Shown here: in pieces, positions 60,460 to 64,000 of the stretch
Layout: each line of letters begins with the position of its first letter
Numbering within the stretch: the first letter of the stretch is position 1
NCBI RefSeq assembly: GCF_009914755.1
Contig: NC_060932.1
Direction: 5' to 3' (one strand)
DNA: 64,000 bases
Source of the DNA: the human T2T-CHM13v2.0 reference genome, Homo sapiens
Made by a program: the position numbers and the translations under genes
The notes under the pieces: generated by a model
The model's database searches: none
What the model was told of the DNA's origin: nothing
What the model saw: only the letters and a program-made list of their open reading frames with translations

Positions 60460-61440
60460 CAGTTGTAATGTCTCCTGTTTTATTTCTGATTTTATTTATT
60501 TGGCATTCTCTCTTTTGTTCTTGGTTAGTCTAGCTAGCAGTTTATAAAGTCTGTTTATCTCTTCCAAAAGTCAACTTTTTGTTTCATTAACTCTTTGCAT
60601 TTTTTAAATCTCGAATTCACTCAGTCCTGCTTTGATTTTTATTATTTCTTTCCTTCTCCTAAGTTTGGATTTCATTTTATCTTATTTTTCTTGTTCCTTG
60701 AGGTGCATAGTAGCTTGTTCATAATCTTACTATGTTCTTGCAGTAGGCATTTATTGCTATAAAATTCTCTCTTAGCACTGTCTTTGTTGTATTCCATAGG
60801 TTTTGGTATGTTGTCTTTCCATTTGCATTTATTTCAAGAACATTTGTTATTTTCTTCTTAGTTTTTTCATTGACTCAATGGTTGTTCGGAAGCATGTTGT
60901 TTAATTTCCATGTTATCTGTATAGTTTCCAAAGTTTTCCTAGTATTCATTTCTAGTTCTATTCTATTTTTGTCTAGAATATACTTGATATAATGTTGATT
61001 TTTCAAAATTTGTTGAAACTTTTTTGTGTCTTAACATGTGGTCTAGCCTGGAGAATGTTCTATGTGATGAGGAGAAGAATGTGTACTCCACTGCTATTGG
61101 ATGAAATGTTCTGTAAATGTCTGTTAAGTCTATTTGGTCTGCGGTACAGATTAAATTCGATGATTATTTGTTAGCTTTCTACCTAGAATGCTGAATGTTC
61201 AATGCTGAAAGTGGGGTATTGAAGCCCTCAGTCATCATGATGTTGAGGTGTATCTCTCTCTTTACCTCTAATGACATTTTTAATATATCTAAGTATTGCA
61301 CTACTGGGTACATATATATACATATTTGGAATTTTTATATCCTCTTGCTGAATTGGCCCTTTTATCATTATATGATGGCCTTCTTTGTCTCTTTTTATGT
61401 TTTTTCGCTTAAAGTCAATTTTGTCCAATATAAATATAGA
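60460..61440 (-). mobile_element. L1M ORF2 endonuclease region
   Basis: ORF 61228-61491 ILDKIDFKRKNIKRDKEGHHIMIKGPIQQEDI. Confidence 0.85.
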
Positions 61441-61853
61441 TGTATTAGGCCATTCTTGCATTGCTATAGGGTTATCATAAGAAAGTACCACAGAATGGGT
61501 GCCTTAAATAACAAAAGTTCATTTTCTCACAGTTGTGGATGTTATAAGTCTAAGATCAAGATGTCAGCACATTTGGTTTCTCCTGAGGCCTGTCTTGGCT
61601 TGCAGCTGGTTGCCTTCTTGCTATGTCCTCTTATGGCATTTTTTCTGTGCACATGCATTCCTGGTGTCTCTTCCTCTTCTAATAAGGACATCAGCCATAT
61701 TGCACGAGGGCCATACCCTGGGAGTCTCATTTTAGCTTTATCACTCCTTAAAAAAAAAAAAAAAACTTATCTTCAAATATGATTACATTCTGAGATACTA
61801 AAGATTGGGACTTCAACCTACAGATTTTGGAGGAAAACTTGTTAGACCATAAC
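61441..61853 (-). mobile_element. MaLR LTR (MLT1A-like)
   Basis: gtaccacagaatgggtgcctta...ttctcacagtt...aagatcaagatgtcagc...cttcaacctacagatttt. Confidence 0.75.
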
Positions 61854-61854
61854 G

Positions 61855-63830
61855 ATGAATTCATCAATAGACCGATGTGATCAAGGAAAGAATCAGTGAG
61901 CCTAAAGAAGTTTAAATAGCAACTTCCAAACTTAAAAGCAAAGAAAAAAGAATTAAAAAGAACAGAATATTTGATAAGTGTAGGCCAATTACAAAAAGGA
62001 ACAATATATGTGTAATGAAGTATCAGGAGGAGGAGAAAGAAAGGAATAGAAGAAATATTTGAAGAAATTCTGACTGAGATTTTCCCAAAATTGAAAATAA
62101 ACAAAATATACATATCTAGGAAGCTGAGAGAATACCACGCAAGATAAATACAAAAAAATTTAAACATAGGCATATTATATTGAAGCTGCCAAAAATCAAA
62201 GACAAAAAAAAAATCTTAAAAGAAGCCAGGAGGGAAAAAACCTTTATCTATGGACAACCAAGGATAAGAATTACATCAGACTTCTCTTAAACCACATAAG
62301 CAAAAAGAGAGGAAAGTGAAATATTTAAAATGTTAAAAAAGAAAAAAAGAACACTATCTTAAAACTGTCTACTTAGCAAAATTATCCTTTTTTTTTTTTG
62401 ACAGAGAGTCTCACTTTGTCACCCAGGCTGGAGTGCAGTGGCAGTGACCTTGGCTCACTGCAGCCTCTGCCTCCTGGATGCAAGCAATCTCGTGCCTCAG
62501 CCAGCCACCACCACGCCTGGCTAATTTTGTATTTTTAGCAGAGACTGGGTTTCGCTAGGTTGGCCAGGCTGGTCTCGAACTCCTGACCTCAGGTGATCCG
62601 CCAGCCTTGGCCTCCCAAAGTGCCAGGATTAAAGGTGCAGGCCACCGCACCCAGCCTACCCTTTAAATTAAGATAAAAATACATAATTTTCTTAGGTAAA
62701 CAAAAATAGAGTTTGTCACCAGTAGTCCTACCTTACAATAAAAGTAAAAAGAAATTATTCACTCATACTCAATGGTAAAAAACTAAAAGCTTTTCTTCTA
62801 AGATCAGGAACAAGGCTAAAGTGCCCCTTCTTGCCACATTTATTTAACATGATACTAAGAGTTCTAGCAAGAACAATTAGGCAAGAAAAGGAAATAAATG
62901 GCATCCAAACTGTTGAGGGGTGGGAATGAGTAAAGTTGTCTATTTCCAAATGACATAATTTTTTTGTAAAAAGCCCTAAACTTCACTCCCCCCAAATTAT
63001 TACAACTAATAACAAATTCAGTAAAGTTGCAGGATAGAAAATCAACATACAAATATCAGTTGTGTTTCTATAGCACTAACAACAAACAACTGGAAAGCAA
63101 GTAAAGAAAATCCCATTCATAATAGCAAGAAAAAGTTAAGATATTTAAGAATAAACTTAACCAAAAAGATGAAAGAGTGGTACATTAAAAATTGCAGACA
63201 TTCATGAAAGAAATTAAAGAAGACACAAATCAGTGGAAAGATATCCTATGTTCATGAATTGGAAGACATAATAATATTAAAATATCCATACTATTCAAAG
63301 CAATTTATAGATTATATACAATCCCTATCAAAATCCTAATGGCACTCTTGACAGAAATAGAAAAAACAATCTTAAAATTCATATAAAACCACAAAGGACC
63401 CAGAATAGTCAAAACAATGAGCAAGAAAAACAATGCTAGGGGCATCACATTTTCTAATTTCAAAATGTATTATAAAGATAGAGTAATCAAAACTGTGTGC
63501 TACTGGCATAAAGACAGACATATAGGCCACTGGAAGAGAATAGAGGGCCCAGAAATCAACAGACACTTATACAGTCAACTGGCCTTCAACAAACATGCAA
63601 AGAATATATAATGGGGAAAAGACGGTTTCTTCAATACATGGTACTGAGAAAACTGAATATTCACATGCAAAAGAATAAATTGGGCCTGTATCTTACACTA
63701 CACACAAAAAGCAACTCAAAATGAACTATACATTTAAACATAATTACCTGAGACTATAACACTTATAGAAGAAAACATAAGGAGAAACTTTCATGATGTT
63801 GGTCATGGCAATTATTTTAACTTATAAATT
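61855..63830 (+). mobile_element. L1M ORF1 and ORF2 fragments with a nested Alu
   Basis: ORF 63417-63611 SKKNNARGITFSNFKMYYK...WHKDRHI is ORF2p; ORF1-like sequence at 61860-62750. Confidence 0.8.
62388..62656 (-). mobile_element. AluS SINE with an internal deletion
   Basis: Poly-T plus reverse-complement Alu. Confidence 0.9.
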
Positions 63831-64000
63831 GTAACAAAAGGATTTGGGAAGGACTGGTAGGTTTAAAGGGAATATTTATGGGGGATTATGGGTTATAGGC
63901 TCCTGTGCATATCTCAGTAACTTCCTCAACAAAGGAGAAATGGCCTTGAGCCCGAATACCCTGGGAAGCTGGAACTAAGACTCAACTCCTTCTGACCCGT

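Noticed and set aside
61195-61782. Longest ORF in the window (195 aa)
   Set aside because: Spans antisense L1 and an MLT LTR; no recognisable domain.

Overview
Repeat-rich human (or great-ape) genomic DNA. Gene content and order match the duplicated beta-defensin/KRAB-ZNF cassette of proximal 8p23.1 (REPP). On the minus strand at the left edge lies the first coding exon of a ZNF705-family gene (MHSL, then a GTGAGT donor). On the plus strand are a DEFB108 paralog whose start codon has changed ATG>GTG but is otherwise intact, a tailless 5S rRNA retrocopy, an intact two-exon DEFB130 (79 aa) and exon 1 of a DEFB131 paralog with a destroyed splice donor. Paralog letters (DEFB130A/B, DEFB108D/E, ZNF705D/CP) cannot be assigned from this window. 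The rest is mostly Alu, L1, LTR and DNA-transposon sequence, and most ORF-track entries are repeat-derived noise. I see no wholly new biological system. The best leads: (1) an LTR12 solo LTR pointing at ZNF705 that keeps its CCAAT/TATA-like elements but has lost its poly(A) signal; (2) possible coding rescue of both defensin 'pseudogenes'; (3) a 303-bp locally templated inverted insertion; (4) apparent sequence exchange between inverted L1s bracketing DEFB130 exon 1. Repeat subfamily names and consensus comparisons come from memory, and repeat boundaries are approximate unless TSDs are quoted.
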